Positions 1-11,139 are shown, counted from the stretch's first letter. The stretch: DNA of 48,318 nt from Rickettsiales bacterium (GCA_020054695.1 JAHXBT010000038.1:18343-66660); one strand, 5' to 3'. Numbers and translations are program-made. Notes: generated from the letters alone by a model not told the origin.

Positions 1-2
1 AG

Positions 3-323
3 ATTGCTACTTTTGGTAAAATATATTTATCATCAATTTTATATCTATCTGAGGATAAGTGGTCTATATGGGTCAATGGTAATAAACTATCATCAACTAA
101 TAATATTAAAAGCAATGATATTTATGTTGAATCAGTTGCTCCTTATGAAGTTAATTTAATTTGGTCACTTAGCCCCATTAAGTGGAGAATTATTTCTGAA
201 TTGCCAGTCAACGCAAAAGTACCTGCTGTAAATGATTTTGGTCAAGTAGAATTTAATATCAAATTAAAATCAAACCAAACTTATATCCTAAAACATGATA
301 GGGTAGTTAATGGTAAAATTTAG
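3..323 (+). CDS. 3' part of a hypothetical protein (5'-truncated by window edge), possibly a type II secretion/type IV pilus accessory protein
   Basis: Frame 3 is open from base 3 to TAG at 321-323: IATFGKIYLSSILYLSEDKWSIWVNGNKL...LKSNQTYILKHDRVVNGKI. Not in the ORF track because there is no start in the window. The function is a weak inference. Confidence 0.7.
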   Translation: MATFGKIYLSSILYLSEDKWSIWVNGNKLSSTNNIKSNDIYVESVAPYEVNLIWSLSPIKWRIISELPVNAKVPAVNDFGQVEFNIKLKSNQTYILKHDRVVNGKI

Positions 324-368
324 AATATATATTATTTAGTGTTAGTTAATGATTTTTAATAGTTAAAA

Positions 369-1868
369 ATGACAGATAAAAATAGAGCAATAACTATTGC
401 CTATGGTGATGGAATTGGGCCAGAATTAATGGATTCAGCAATTAAAATTCTACAAGCTAGTGGTGCTAAATTACATTTTAATGTAATTGAAGTTGGTGAA
501 GGAATTTACAAAAAAGGTTTTAATTCTGGACTCATGCCTTCTGCTTGGGAAGAGTTAAGGAACACTAAAATAATGCTAAAAGCTCCAATTACTACCCCCC
601 AAGGTGGTGGTTATAAAAGTCTTAATGTTACTTTGCGTAAAAAATTAGGTCTTTATGCTAATGTTCGCCCCGTTACTTCACTTTATCCTTATATTAATAG
701 TAAGCATCACAGTATGGATGTAGCTATTATTCGTGAAAATGAAGAAGATCTTTATATGGGTGTTGAACATAAGCAAACTGCTAATTCTCAGCAATGTTTA
801 AAATTAATTACAAATACTGGTAGTGAAAAAATTATTCGATATGCTTTTGAGTATGCTATTAAAAATAATCGTAAAAAAGTAACCTGTTTTTCTAAAGATA
901 ATATTATGAAAATTACCGACGGCGCTTTTCATAAAATTTTTGATGAGGTTGCTCAAGAATACCCCAATATTGAATCTGATCATTACATTATTTGTACTGG
1001 TTCTGCTCGTCTTGCTGCTAGGCCTGAAATTTTTGATGTTATTGTAACATCTAATCTTTATGGCGATATTATTTCCGACATTGCTGCTGAAATTGCTGGC
1101 TCTGTTGGTATTGCCGGATCTGCTAATATTGGTGATGAATATGCTATGTTTGAGGCAATTCATGGTTCTGCACCATCAAGAGCAGGTCAAGATAAGGCTA
1201 ATCCAACTGGTTTTATTCAGGCCGCTATCATGATGCTTGTTCATATTGGCCAAATTGAACAAGCAAATAAAATCCGTAACGCCCTATTTAAAACTATAGA
1301 AGACGGTATTCATACCTATGATATTTATAATAAAAAAACTAGTAGTAAAAAGGTGGGTACAAAAGAATTTACTAATTCTATTATTGATCGTTTAGGCCAA
1401 GAGCCAGCAAAACTTCCAATTTCTAATTTTAAAGAAATTGATGAAAATTCTACTAAAAGGACAAATATTTATCGAGAAGAGGTTGCCAAAGATAAAGAAT
1501 TGATTGGTTTTGATTTATTTATTGATTGGCAGGATGAATTTGAAGATTTAATTTCATTTATTAATATCATAGAAAGCGAGAAACTAGAAATTAAAATTAT
1601 AACAGCTAAAGGTTTAATTATGTGGCCAATAATTGACAAGCAAGATCAAAATATTTATCCTAAGGGTCAAACAATTTTAAGATTTATTGGAAAAGGAATT
1701 GTCGGTAAAACAAGTAACCAAATTATTAATACCAAAAAAACTATTGAGCATGATGATATTATTAATATGCTACAAGTTTTTTCTGACAAAAAGGTTGATT
1801 TTATTAAATATGAAGGTCTTTACACTTTTGGTGGTAAGGCTGGATATAGTTCTGCACAAGGAGAGTGA
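369..1868 (+). CDS. icd: NADP-dependent isocitrate dehydrogenase, long form with C-terminal extension
   Basis: Motifs GDGIGPE, KAPITTPQGGGYKSLNVTLRK, RENEEDLY, KDNIMK, NLYGDIISD and EAIHGSAP, plus an approximately 130-aa C-terminal extension ending GYSSAQGE. Confidence 0.95.
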   Translation: MTDKNRAITIAYGDGIGPELMDSAIKILQASGAKLHFNVIEVGEGIYKKGFNSGLMPSAWEELRNTKIMLKAPITTPQGGGYKSLNVTLRKKLGLYANVRPVTSLYPYINSKHHSMDVAIIRENEEDLYMGVEHKQTANSQQCLKLITNTGSEKIIRYAFEYAIKNNRKKVTCFSKDNIMKITDGAFHKIFDEVAQEYPNIESDHYIICTGSARLAARPEIFDVIVTSNLYGDIISDIAAEIAGSVGIAGSANIGDEYAMFEAIHGSAPSRAGQDKANPTGFIQAAIMMLVHIGQIEQANKIRNALFKTIEDGIHTYDIYNKKTSSKKVGTKEFTNSIIDRLGQEPAKLPISNFKEIDENSTKRTNIYREEVAKDKELIGFDLFIDWQDEFEDLISFINIIESEKLEIKIITAKGLIMWPIIDKQDQNIYPKGQTILRFIGKGIVGKTSNQIINTKKTIEHDDIINMLQVFSDKKVDFIKYEGLYTFGGKAGYSSAQGE

Positions 1869-3196
1869 AAACGGAAAAATTTGATTTATTTATAACGCAA
1901 GCTGAGTTGGCATTAACTGATTCTGATTTTTATTTACAATCACTTTCAGTAATAGTCTCAATTTTTGTTGCTATCTTATTTTATAAAATAGTTAAATATT
2001 TTTTTCGTGCTAAATGGAAAGAGGTTGCTGAAAAGAGAAGTAGTTTTTTTAAAAATCAGATTTCTTTTGAGGATAATATTGAAAAATTATTAATTAAATA
2101 TTTCGCTCCTTTATTCTTACCTACAACTATACTGATTTTCTTATTTTTAGGAATGGTATTTTCTTCCATATTCTCTAATGACTCAGATATTGACTTATCA
2201 AATAGATTATTAATTTTTCACGCCTCTATTCAGCTAGTAACCTTATTTTTATTTTTAAGATTCATTAGAATTATCTCATCCAGTACTTTTATTGCCAATA
2301 TTTTTGGTATATTTTTAGTGCCAATTGTTATACTTAATTTTGTTGGCTTACTGGATTCAGCAGTATCTTACCTAGATCAATTTGCTTTGAATATTGGTCA
2401 GGTTAGAATATCAATATACAATATTTTGCATGCCATAATTACTTTAGTTGCTGCTTTTTGGTTTTCTCGCTTGATTTCAAAAAATATTAAGACATTTATT
2501 AATAAAAATAGAATTATTAGGTCGACTACTAAGGGAATTTTAACCAAAATTGTCGATATCTTAATATATTTAGTTATTTTTGTCGTATTGATGAAGGTTT
2601 TTGGCTTCAATATGACTACTTTTGCAGTTTTTTCAGGTGCTATTGGTGTTGGCCTTGGTTTTGGTTTGCAAAAAATTGTTGCTAATTTTATTGGTGGTAT
2701 AATTCTTCTTTTTGAAAAATCAGTTGAAATAGGCAATGTTATTGAGTTGGAAGATGGGGCTATTTATGGTAAAGTATCTTATTTTGGTGGCAGATATACT
2801 TTGATTGAAACTATGGATGGTAAGGAAATTATGGTACCTAATGAAGATCTTATCACAAAAAAAGTAGTAAATTTAACTTACAGTAATAATAAGGCTAGGA
2901 TTGAAATTGATATTAACGTCGATTTTTCTACTGATTTAGAGAAGGTTCAGAATTTAATTCTTAATATTGCCAAAGATCATGCAAAATGTTTAAGATTTCC
3001 TGAAGCAAAATGTCATATTTACAAATTTGATGATTATGCTATAAGACTCCGGTTATTTTTCTGGATAAGTGACGTTTCTGATGGTGTTTATGAGCCTAGA
3101 AGCGAGGTCATGATAAAAATATGGAATATGTTAAAGGAAAATAACATTAAAATCCCTTATCCAAAAAGGGATATTTCTGGTGGCCTTAATTTTTAA
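1865..3196 (+). CDS. MscS-family mechanosensitive channel
   Basis: Multiple TM helices, GAIGVGLGFGLQKIVANFIGGIILLFEK, VPNEDLIT and C-terminal IPYPKR. GTG start overlaps the icd stop. Confidence 0.92.
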   Translation: MKTEKFDLFITQAELALTDSDFYLQSLSVIVSIFVAILFYKIVKYFFRAKWKEVAEKRSSFFKNQISFEDNIEKLLIKYFAPLFLPTTILIFLFLGMVFSSIFSNDSDIDLSNRLLIFHASIQLVTLFLFLRFIRIISSSTFIANIFGIFLVPIVILNFVGLLDSAVSYLDQFALNIGQVRISIYNILHAIITLVAAFWFSRLISKNIKTFINKNRIIRSTTKGILTKIVDILIYLVIFVVLMKVFGFNMTTFAVFSGAIGVGLGFGLQKIVANFIGGIILLFEKSVEIGNVIELEDGAIYGKVSYFGGRYTLIETMDGKEIMVPNEDLITKKVVNLTYSNNKARIEIDINVDFSTDLEKVQNLILNIAKDHAKCLRFPEAKCHIYKFDDYAIRLRLFFWISDVSDGVYEPRSEVMIKIWNMLKENNIKIPYPKRDISGGLNF

Positions 3197-3298
3197 ATTA
3201 TAATTATTGTTAATTTCTGTTATTTCCTAAGAAAGATCCTATTTTTAAGTTGAAAAATTGATAATTTCATCTAAAATCTAACTATATATATCTTAATA

Positions 3299-4240
3299 AT
3301 GGAATTGATGGAAAATTATAAATTACAAGATGTCTTGGGGTTCTTTGGTTTACCTTTTAATGATCTTATCTTTAAAGCTGCTCAAATTCATAGGGAAAAT
3401 CATAACCCAAATCAAGTTCAAGTTAGTAGTCTTTTGAGTATTAAAACTGGTTCTTGCCCTGAAGATTGTAAATATTGTCCACAATCAGCTCACCACAATA
3501 GTGGTCTTAAGAAGGAGCCCTTTATGGAGATAGGTGAGGTAATAAAACATGCTAAAAAGGCAAAGGAGAGTGGTGCTAGTCGTTTTTGTATGGGTGCGGC
3601 TTGGAGAAATCTTAATAATCGTGATCTTGATAAAGTTTGCAACATGATCAAGGAGGTTAATAAATTAGGTTTAGAAAGTTGCGTTACGCTTGGTATGATA
3701 AGCTCTACTCAGGCTGACAAGTTAAAGGATGCTGGATTAGATTATTATAATCACAATATTGATTCATCGGAAGAATTTTATAAATCAATTATCACAACTC
3801 GCAAATTTGAAGATCGTTTAAATACTCTAAAAAACATTGAAGATGCTAAGATAAATATTTGTTCTGGTGGTATTGTTGGTATGGGTGAATCTAGGGAAGA
3901 TAGGGCAAAAATGTTAATGACTTTATCATCTCTTCCTAATCAACCAAAATCAGTTCCAATTAATATGTTAGTTAAAACTAATAATAGCCCATTAGGTGAG
4001 ATAGAAGATATTGACCATTTTGAATTTATACGCACCATCGCAGTAGCTAGAATTTTGATGCCAATCTCATCTGTTAGATTATCTGCTGGCAGAAGTGATA
4101 TGAATGAACAGATGCAATCATTATGTTTTCTAGCGGGTGCAAATTCTATTTTTTATGGTGAAAAATTATTGACAACTGAGAATCCAGAAATGCAAGAGGA
4201 TAAGGAGTTGTTTAAAAGATTAGGAATCCAAGCAATATAA
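3299..4240 (+). CDS. bioB: biotin synthase (radical SAM)
   Basis: [17 protein letters not shown] (CX3CX2C), [30 protein letters not shown]. Confidence 0.97.
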   Translation: MELMENYKLQDVLGFFGLPFNDLIFKAAQIHRENHNPNQVQVSSLLSIKTGSCPEDCKYCPQSAHHNSGLKKEPFMEIGEVIKHAKKAKESGASRFCMGAAWRNLNNRDLDKVCNMIKEVNKLGLESCVTLGMISSTQADKLKDAGLDYYNHNIDSSEEFYKSIITTRKFEDRLNTLKNIEDAKINICSGGIVGMGESREDRAKMLMTLSSLPNQPKSVPINMLVKTNNSPLGEIEDIDHFEFIRTIAVARILMPISSVRLSAGRSDMNEQMQSLCFLAGANSIFYGEKLLTTENPEMQEDKELFKRLGIQAI

Positions 4241-4288
4241 CCTATTTTCAAGTGAAAATATTATAAATATATAAATTAATAAAAAATT

Positions 4289-5824
4289 ATGTCATCTCCA
4301 ATTATTAAAAAATTAGTTCAAAAAAGAGAAGAAGCAAGAATGGGTGGCGGTCAAAAAAGAATTGATGTACAACATTCTAAAGGAAAATTAACAGCAAGAG
4401 AAAGAATTGAAGTTTTGCTGGATCCTGGTTCTTTTGAAGAATATGGCCTTTATGTTGAGCATCGTTGTTCTGATTTTGCAATGGAGGATAAGAAGCACGC
4501 AGGTGACGGCGTAGTTACCGGTCAAGGTACTATTAACGGTAGGTTGGTATTTGTTTATAGTCAGGATTTTACAGTAATGGGTGGTTCTCTTGGTGAGGCT
4601 CATGCTAGAAAAATATGTCAAGTAATGGATAAGGCTGTAAAGGTTGGTGCCCCTATTATTGGTATTAATGATTCTGGAGGTGCTAGAATTCAAGAAGGTG
4701 TTGATTCTCTTGCTGGTTATGGTGAGATTTTTCAAAGAAATGTTGATGCTAGTGGTGTTGTTCCACAGATTTCCCTAATTTTAGGTCCTTGCGCTGGTGG
4801 CGCTGTGTATTCTCCTGCTTTGACTGATTTTATTTTAATGACAGAGGGGTCGTCTTATATGTTTGTTACTGGCCCAGATGTGGTAAAAACTGTTACACAT
4901 GAAAATGTTACGTCTGAAGAATTGGGTGGTGCTAAGGTTCATGCTTCCAAAAGCGGCGTTGCTCATGCAACCTTTAAAAATGACATTGAAGCTTTGCTAC
5001 AGGCTAGAAGATTAATTAATTTTTTACCTAGCTCTAATAAAACTCCAGTTCCAGAAATTCCAACTGTTGATGTCCAAGATAGGGTTGATATTTCTTTAAA
5101 CACTTTGGTACCAGAAAATACAAATCAACCTTATAATATAAAAGAATTGGTTGAAAAAATTTTAGATGAGAGTGATTTTTATGAAATTCAGCCAGATTAT
5201 GCTAATAACATTATTGTTGGTTTTGGTCGTTTAGAGGGTTCTACTGTTGGTATTGTTGCTAATCAACCAATGAATTTGGCAGGTTGTTTAAATATTGAGG
5301 CTTCTGCTAAAGCTGCTAGATTTATTAGATTTTGTGATGCTTTTAATATACCTATTCTAACTTTTGTTGATGTGCCAGGATTTTTACCTGGAACTGATCA
5401 AGAGCATAACGGTATTATAAAACATGGTGCAAAATTACTTTATGCTTATGCTGAAGCTACTGTGCCAAAAATTACTGTAATTACTAGAAAATCTTATGGT
5501 GGTGCATATATTGTGATGAATTCTAAACATTTAAAAGGTGATGTTAATTACGCTTGGGCCAATGCTGAAATTGCTGTTATGGGTCCAGAAGGTGCCGTTG
5601 AGATTGTTTTTAGAAAAGAAGCTCAAGATCCAGATCTAAAGAGTCAGAAGATTGAGGAGTATCGTGAGAAGTTTGCCTCTCCTTTTGTTGCTGCCTCTAG
5701 GGGCTTTATCGATGAAGTTATTAGACCTCAAAATACGAGAAAAAGAATATGTAAATCATTACAAATTCTTAAAAATAAAAAGGAAAACAAACCTTGGAAA
5801 AAACATGATAATTTACCTTTATAA
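4289..5824 (+). CDS. pccB: propionyl-CoA carboxylase beta (carboxyltransferase) subunit
   Basis: [41 protein letters not shown]-terminal [10 protein letters not shown]. Confidence 0.94.
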   Translation: MSSPIIKKLVQKREEARMGGGQKRIDVQHSKGKLTARERIEVLLDPGSFEEYGLYVEHRCSDFAMEDKKHAGDGVVTGQGTINGRLVFVYSQDFTVMGGSLGEAHARKICQVMDKAVKVGAPIIGINDSGGARIQEGVDSLAGYGEIFQRNVDASGVVPQISLILGPCAGGAVYSPALTDFILMTEGSSYMFVTGPDVVKTVTHENVTSEELGGAKVHASKSGVAHATFKNDIEALLQARRLINFLPSSNKTPVPEIPTVDVQDRVDISLNTLVPENTNQPYNIKELVEKILDESDFYEIQPDYANNIIVGFGRLEGSTVGIVANQPMNLAGCLNIEASAKAARFIRFCDAFNIPILTFVDVPGFLPGTDQEHNGIIKHGAKLLYAYAEATVPKITVITRKSYGGAYIVMNSKHLKGDVNYAWANAEIAVMGPEGAVEIVFRKEAQDPDLKSQKIEEYREKFASPFVAASRGFIDEVIRPQNTRKRICKSLQILKNKKENKPWKKHDNLPL

Positions 5825-5860
5825 AACCTTTTTCATTAGTAAATTTCTTACTGTAATGAA

Positions 5861-6805
5861 ATGACAAATTTAACTTTTGATCACGTAAAAATTGCCCATA
5901 AAAGAATTAAGGATCATGTAATCAAAACCCCTGTAATTAGCAATAAATCTTTAAACAAGGAAATTGGTGCTAACATATTCTTTAAATTAGAAAATCTACA
6001 AAAAACAGGTTCTTTTAAAATTAGAGGCGCTACAAATAATTTGCTCAGTTTTTATCAGAAAAATGGTAAATTTCCTGATAAAATTACTACCGTTAGTTCT
6101 GGCAATCATGCAATTGCTGTTGCTTACCTTTGTCAAAAATTTGATATCAAGGAATCTATTATTTTTATTGATAAGGAAGCTGCTAAAATTAAAATTGATG
6201 AAAGTAGAAAATATCAGTCACAAATTATAGTAACAGAAAGTAAAATGGAATCTATTAATTTAATTGATCAAAAAATTAATGAAGGATATTATATGTGTAA
6301 TTCCTACGGTGATGAGGATGTTATTTTGGGTCAAGCAACTGCTACTTTTGAGGCTATGAACCAAATTGATCAGCAAATTGATGCTGTTTTTGCGCCTTGC
6401 GGCGGCGGTGGATTAGCTTCTGGTGCTTATATTGTCGCTAGTGGTTTTGATTACAATCCTAAAGTTTTTGCTGTTGAGCCTGAAAATGCAAATGATGCAC
6501 AATTGTCAGTTAAAAATAATGAGATTTACAAATTTCATACAACTCCCAAAACTATAGCTGATGGGGCTAGAACGTTATGGATTTCAGAGAAGACATTTCC
6601 TTACATAAAAAAATTAGATAATATTTATACTGCAAATGATGAAGAGATTATTTTTTGGTGGAAAAAATTAACAAAATTACTTGATATGAAAATAGAACCA
6701 ACAGCAATTCTAGCTTTAGTTGGTGCTAAAAAATTTATTGACCAAGGTGCTAAAAATAAAAATATTTTGATTATTCTATCTGGCGGTAACGTTAATCCAT
6801 TTTAA
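5861..6805 (+). CDS. PLP-dependent serine/threonine dehydratase family protein
   Basis: KLENLQKTGSFKIRGA (PLP lysine), SSGNHA, PCGGGGLASG, TIADG, LSGGN. No ACT domain. Confidence 0.9.
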   Translation: MTNLTFDHVKIAHKRIKDHVIKTPVISNKSLNKEIGANIFFKLENLQKTGSFKIRGATNNLLSFYQKNGKFPDKITTVSSGNHAIAVAYLCQKFDIKESIIFIDKEAAKIKIDESRKYQSQIIVTESKMESINLIDQKINEGYYMCNSYGDEDVILGQATATFEAMNQIDQQIDAVFAPCGGGGLASGAYIVASGFDYNPKVFAVEPENANDAQLSVKNNEIYKFHTTPKTIADGARTLWISEKTFPYIKKLDNIYTANDEEIIFWWKKLTKLLDMKIEPTAILALVGAKKFIDQGAKNKNILIILSGGNVNPF

Positions 6806-6843
6806 TATATAAACTTCTTTCAACTGCATTATAATCAAACTTA

Positions 6844-6872
6844 TTGACAGTTGGATAAATTGCTAATAATCT
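6844..6872 (+). promoter_or_regulatory. putative sigma70 promoter of sdhB
   Basis: TTGACA (6844-6849), 17-nt spacer, TAATCT (6867-6872), 28 nt upstream of the ATG. The AT-rich background limits certainty. Confidence 0.5.
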
Positions 6873-6900
6873 AGTGATATAAATAATTATTTGATAAGAA

Positions 6901-7692
6901 ATGGTACAATTTACACTTCCAAAAAATTCTAAAATAGATAAAAAAGCTGGTACAAAATTTACTTCAGATACAAAATCTGACAATATGAAGATGGTTCAAA
7001 TTTATCGTTATAATCCTGAGGATAAAAATAATCCATATATTGATGAATTTGAAGTTGATCTTAGCAAATGTGGACCAATGGTACTTGATGCTTTAATTAA
7101 AATTAAGTCTGAACAAGATAGTTCTCTTACTTTTAGAAGATCTTGTCGTGAAGGTATTTGTGGTTCTTGTTCTATGAATATTGATGGTACTAATACACTA
7201 GCTTGCACCAAGCCTATTTCTGATTGCAAGGATAGTATTAAAATCTTTCCTTTGCCTCACATGCCTGTTATCAAAGATTTAGTTCCTGATTTAACGCATT
7301 TTTATGCTCAATATAAGTCAGTACAACCTTGGTTACAAGCTGAAGAGCCTAAAGATAAATCACAAGAAAGATTACAATCTCCAGAAGAGCGCAAAAAATT
7401 AGATGGTCTTTATGAATGTATTATGTGTGCTTCTTGCTCTACTTCTTGTCCAAGTTACTGGTGGAATGGAGATGAATATTTAGGTCCCGCAACATTACTT
7501 CAATCTTATCGTTTTTTAGCTGATTCTCGTGATGAAGCAACTTCTAAAAGGTTAGAAAATCTTGAAGATCCATTTAAATTATATCGTTGCCATACAATTA
7601 TGAATTGTACTAATACTTGCCCTAAAGGTCTTAATCCTGCAAAAGCTATTGGTTCAATTAAGGAAATGATTGTAGAAAATAAAAATAGTTAA
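6901..7692 (+). CDS. sdhB: succinate dehydrogenase iron-sulfur subunit
   Basis: [47 protein letters not shown]. Confidence 0.98.
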   Translation: MVQFTLPKNSKIDKKAGTKFTSDTKSDNMKMVQIYRYNPEDKNNPYIDEFEVDLSKCGPMVLDALIKIKSEQDSSLTFRRSCREGICGSCSMNIDGTNTLACTKPISDCKDSIKIFPLPHMPVIKDLVPDLTHFYAQYKSVQPWLQAEEPKDKSQERLQSPEERKKLDGLYECIMCASCSTSCPSYWWNGDEYLGPATLLQSYRFLADSRDEATSKRLENLEDPFKLYRCHTIMNCTNTCPKGLNPAKAIGSIKEMIVENKNS

Positions 7693-7830
7693 TTTAGCTA
7701 TCTAATCTACATTATGAAAATAATCAAACTAGATTCACACTATAGCTAACAATCACTTTATAGAGAAAATAAGGTAATTTTCTAATAATACTGTAAAATT
7801 AGAAATTAGTCGCACGCAATTTATAACTAT

Positions 7831-8577
7831 TTATTTAAATAATAATAATCTTAATTTATAGGGTAATTTTTGCAATAATTTTAAAATACATACAAATATC
7901 CAAGGAAAGGAAATTTCAAATTGTTTTTTTGGTAATTTTATGAGAATTATGTTTGCCGCCTTTTGGCTAGAAATTATCCAAGGCATTTTAAAATTATTTT
8001 TAGCAGTTAGGCGAGTTTCTACGAATCCTGGATTGATCAATTGCACTTTAGTTTGATATTTTTTTAATTCGTAAAAAAGACTTTCAGTTAAATGTGATAA
8101 TCCAGCTTTAGAAGCACCATAAGCAAGCGAGTTGGGCATGCCAAAATAGCTAGCAACGGAAGAAATTACTGCCAAATGTTTGATCCTTTCTTCTTTGAAA
8201 TCATTTAAAAAACTATCTAAAAAGCTAAGAAAGCTATTAAAATTAACATCTAAAATATTCTTAGCTTGCTTAAGATTAAAATTTTTTAAATTCATTGGTT
8301 GATAAATACCAGCACAAAAAATAATAATGTCAATTTGTGTCCATTTATCAAAAATCTGCTTTTGTAAATTTTTTAGATCAGTTTTTTTTGTAATATCGCA
8401 TTTTATAGATAGTTGATCGCCTTCTAATTTATGGCATAAATTATTTAATTTATCATTTGATCTGGCAGAAATTATTAGATTTGCTCCCAATTTGTCTAAT
8501 TTATAACATAAATTTTCTCCAATACCAAAACTTCCGCCAATAATTAAAATATTTTTATTTTGATAATAATTTTGCAT
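7831..8577 (-). CDS. short-chain dehydrogenase/reductase (last gene of the fatty-acid modification cluster)
   Basis: GGSFGIG, SSVAS, YGASK, INPGFVETRLTAKNNFKMP. Confidence 0.9.
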   Translation of the reverse strand: MQNYYQNKNILIIGGSFGIGENLCYKLDKLGANLIISARSNDKLNNLCHKLEGDQLSIKCDITKKTDLKNLQKQIFDKWTQIDIIIFCAGIYQPMNLKNFNLKQAKNILDVNFNSFLSFLDSFLNDFKEERIKHLAVISSVASYFGMPNSLAYGASKAGLSHLTESLFYELKKYQTKVQLINPGFVETRLTAKNNFKMPWIISSQKAANIILIKLPKKQFEISFPWIFVCILKLLQKLPYKLRLLLFK

Positions 8578-8589
8578 GATTTACTTATA

Positions 8590-9123
8590 CTAATCTATTT
8601 TCTGGAAAAATATTGTTAATCTTGCCCAAGTGATACCAAATTTTTTAATATCTGATTTGTTTACAAGAATTTTTTCATCAAGCAAATACATCCAATCATC
8701 TAATTTAACATTATATCTGGTTTTCTTCTGGTGGTCTATTTCAAGGTCTAAAATATATTCCATTTGCATGACATTACCATATTGCGACCCTTTAGCCTGA
8801 CCAATTACATCAGAAGCTGTAGCAGTAAAATGATGATTATCAGAGAATTTTATAGTCCAAATTCTTTCACTTTTTTCACCATCATCAAAGGTAAAATATT
8901 CTTCTAAAATACCTTCATTATCATCCCATTTACCCTCCATATCAACTACAAATCTTCTAGTAACCTTCCCAGATCTGTCTTCTAACATACCCCAAGCCTT
9001 AATTTTGCCATTAAGATATTGTCTAATATCTAATTTTGGATGATTATTTTCATAAGTTTTAGGAGTAATATTTGAGCAAGAAAATAAAGACATAATAATA
9101 ATAGATAAAATTGTTTTTTTCAT
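8590..9123 (-). CDS. DUF3833-family lipoprotein
   Basis: Signal peptide with lipobox-like LFSC, then AWGMLEDRSGKVTRRF, DGEKSERIW, LDDWMY, KFGI. Context is typical of this family. Confidence 0.88.
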   Translation of the reverse strand: MKKTILSIIIMSLFSCSNITPKTYENNHPKLDIRQYLNGKIKAWGMLEDRSGKVTRRFVVDMEGKWDDNEGILEEYFTFDDGEKSERIWTIKFSDNHHFTATASDVIGQAKGSQYGNVMQMEYILDLEIDHQKKTRYNVKLDDWMYLLDEKILVNKSDIKKFGITWARLTIFFQKID

Positions 9124-9133
9124 TTTGTAAAAA

Positions 9134-10357
9134 TTATTTTGTAAAATTTTTATAAAGAATAAAGCCAGCTAAAGATCGGAAAATTATTGGTAAAATAGCG
9201 TAAGAAAATGAAATAAATCCTGATTGTAAATTAACATCATTCTCAAAAAAACCTATAAAATAAATTAAAATAGAAGAAGACAAAGTTAAAGAAATTTTAA
9301 CCATAAAATTACAAAAACCAAAAATTATGGTTTGGTTGTTTTCTAACTTATCCTTTTGGATAATATCTGTTAAGATTGAAAAAGCCAGTGCAAAATCTCC
9401 ACCAAAAGCAATTCCAGATAAAATACAAATAATGCTATAATATAAAATATCTCCCTCACCTAAAAAATAACAAAAACTAAAAATTATTAAGGTAAAAAAG
9501 ATGGAAATAAGCCAAGTTTTTGATTTATTGTTTAGGGCTTTGGATAATTTTGTCCACAAAATAGTACCAATCATTAAGCCAGAAAAATAAAGTAGCAAAA
9601 AGATTCCAATCAAATCTTTAGCATTGAGAACTTTTTCAACAAAGAACATAATCAAAATAGCAGGAATTGCAGCAGAAAAAGCGTTAAATAGAAAGACCAA
9701 GGCAAATTTTTGTAAAATTTTATTAGAAAATATTTTTTTAAAATTAGATGTTTGTTTAATTTTATAATTATTATGAGGTGCAAAAAAATAAAAAATTACC
9801 GCAAAAATAGTTGCTAAAATGAGATAGAAAGATCCAACAATTAAAAAGCTGGTTTTTTCATCAAAAATTTTAAATAGGATAGCGGGAATAAGGGCAGCAA
9901 AGATAATGCCAGATATAAAGAAAATTTCACGATAGGCGATAATTTTGGTTTTAGTATGATAGTCATCACTAAAGCTAACTGCGTAAGATTGATAATTAAT
10001 ATAAACAGCGCTATAAAGGCTAAAAGTGATAATTAACATAATTATTAGCCAAAGATGAATATTGATAATATTTAATGGATAAAATAATAGCAAAAATGAT
10101 AATCCCATAAAGGGTGCTAGATAAAAAATAATTTTTCTTTTCAAGTAAGAATATTTATCACTAAAAAAGCCAAAAATAGGATCTTGTATAGTATCAAATA
10201 ATCTGGTGGTAAATAAAATTAAGGCAATATTTTGTAAACTAATATTAAAATTATCAGCATAGTAATTGGGCAAATAAATATATAGGGGCAAACCCATAAA
10301 AGCTAGGCAAAAGCCTAGTAAAGAATAGGTAATAAGGTTTTTATTAGTTAATTGCAT
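9134..10357 (-). CDS. MFS (GPH/MFS_2-like) transporter
   Basis: About 12 hydrophobic segments, GLPLYIYLPNYY, RLFDTIQDPIFGFFSD. Confidence 0.88.
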   Translation of the reverse strand: MQLTNKNLITYSLLGFCLAFMGLPLYIYLPNYYADNFNISLQNIALILFTTRLFDTIQDPIFGFFSDKYSYLKRKIIFYLAPFMGLSFLLLFYPLNIINIHLWLIIMLIITFSLYSAVYINYQSYAVSFSDDYHTKTKIIAYREIFFISGIIFAALIPAILFKIFDEKTSFLIVGSFYLILATIFAVIFYFFAPHNNYKIKQTSNFKKIFSNKILQKFALVFLFNAFSAAIPAILIMFFVEKVLNAKDLIGIFLLLYFSGLMIGTILWTKLSKALNNKSKTWLISIFFTLIIFSFCYFLGEGDILYYSIICILSGIAFGGDFALAFSILTDIIQKDKLENNQTIIFGFCNFMVKISLTLSSSILIYFIGFFENDVNLQSGFISFSYAILPIIFRSLAGFILYKNFTK

Positions 10358-10868
10358 TGCGGTATAAATCCTTGATCATTGTCTGATATTTATTATTTTT
10401 GTGTAACCAAATATCTAAATAAATTTTACTAAATTTATTATTTTTAATTTTTCCAGTAAAATTTTGATTATGATATAATTTTGTAATACCATTATTATAT
10501 CTGGCTTCAATAATATCTGTTTTTTTAATATTTGGAAAAATAGTAAGCAATTTTTGATAATATTTTGTTTTATCTGAATCATTAATGTCATAATAGCGAC
10601 TAATCTCTTCGATTGATGATTTAGCTAATTCCTTATTAGAAAAATTCATATTATATTGAATGATGATTGAAAAATTATTCTGATATATTTTTTCTTGAGC
10701 AAAAAACTTTTTTTCATTAACACAAAGATAGATGTCGTAGATATCTAAGAAAAAATAAGTAAAATTATGAAAATTACAATATTTATAATTACTATTTTTT
10801 ATAATATTATTTGCCCTTACGGTGGTAGAGATAAATATAATGCATATTAGTATAACTATTTCTTTCAT
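10344..10868 (-). CDS. secreted chalcone-isomerase-fold protein
   Basis: Signal peptide, FFLDIYDIYL, SIEEISR, IFPNIKKTD, FSKIYLDIWL. Context is typical of this cluster. Confidence 0.78.
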   Translation of the reverse strand: MKEIVILICIIFISTTVRANNIIKNSNYKYCNFHNFTYFFLDIYDIYLCVNEKKFFAQEKIYQNNFSIIIQYNMNFSNKELAKSSIEEISRYYDINDSDKTKYYQKLLTIFPNIKKTDIIEARYNNGITKLYHNQNFTGKIKNNKFSKIYLDIWLHKNNKYQTMIKDLYRNAIN

Positions 10869-11111
10869 ATTTGCTACATTATTTTATCTTTACGGTAGTT
10901 TTTAATTGGTAATTGGAAATTTAAGGAAGCATTATTGCTTTAGGTTAATGTTGTTAACATAAATTACACCTAATTTTTTTCTTTTTCTAGGATAAAACTC
11001 TAAATTAAATTACTAATTAGAGCCAATACTATAATTCTAAGCCGTAGAATTTGATGTTAATATTAACCTCTTATTCATATGTATAGCTAATATTTATGTC
11101 CTAATATTTTC

Positions 11112-11139
11112 TTGGAACTTCGTTGTTGGAACTTTGTTG
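11112..11139 (+). repeat. 14-bp imperfect tandem repeat
   Basis: TTGGAACTTCGTTG (11112-11125) followed by TTGGAACTTTGTTG (11126-11139), 13/14 identical. Confidence 0.7.
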
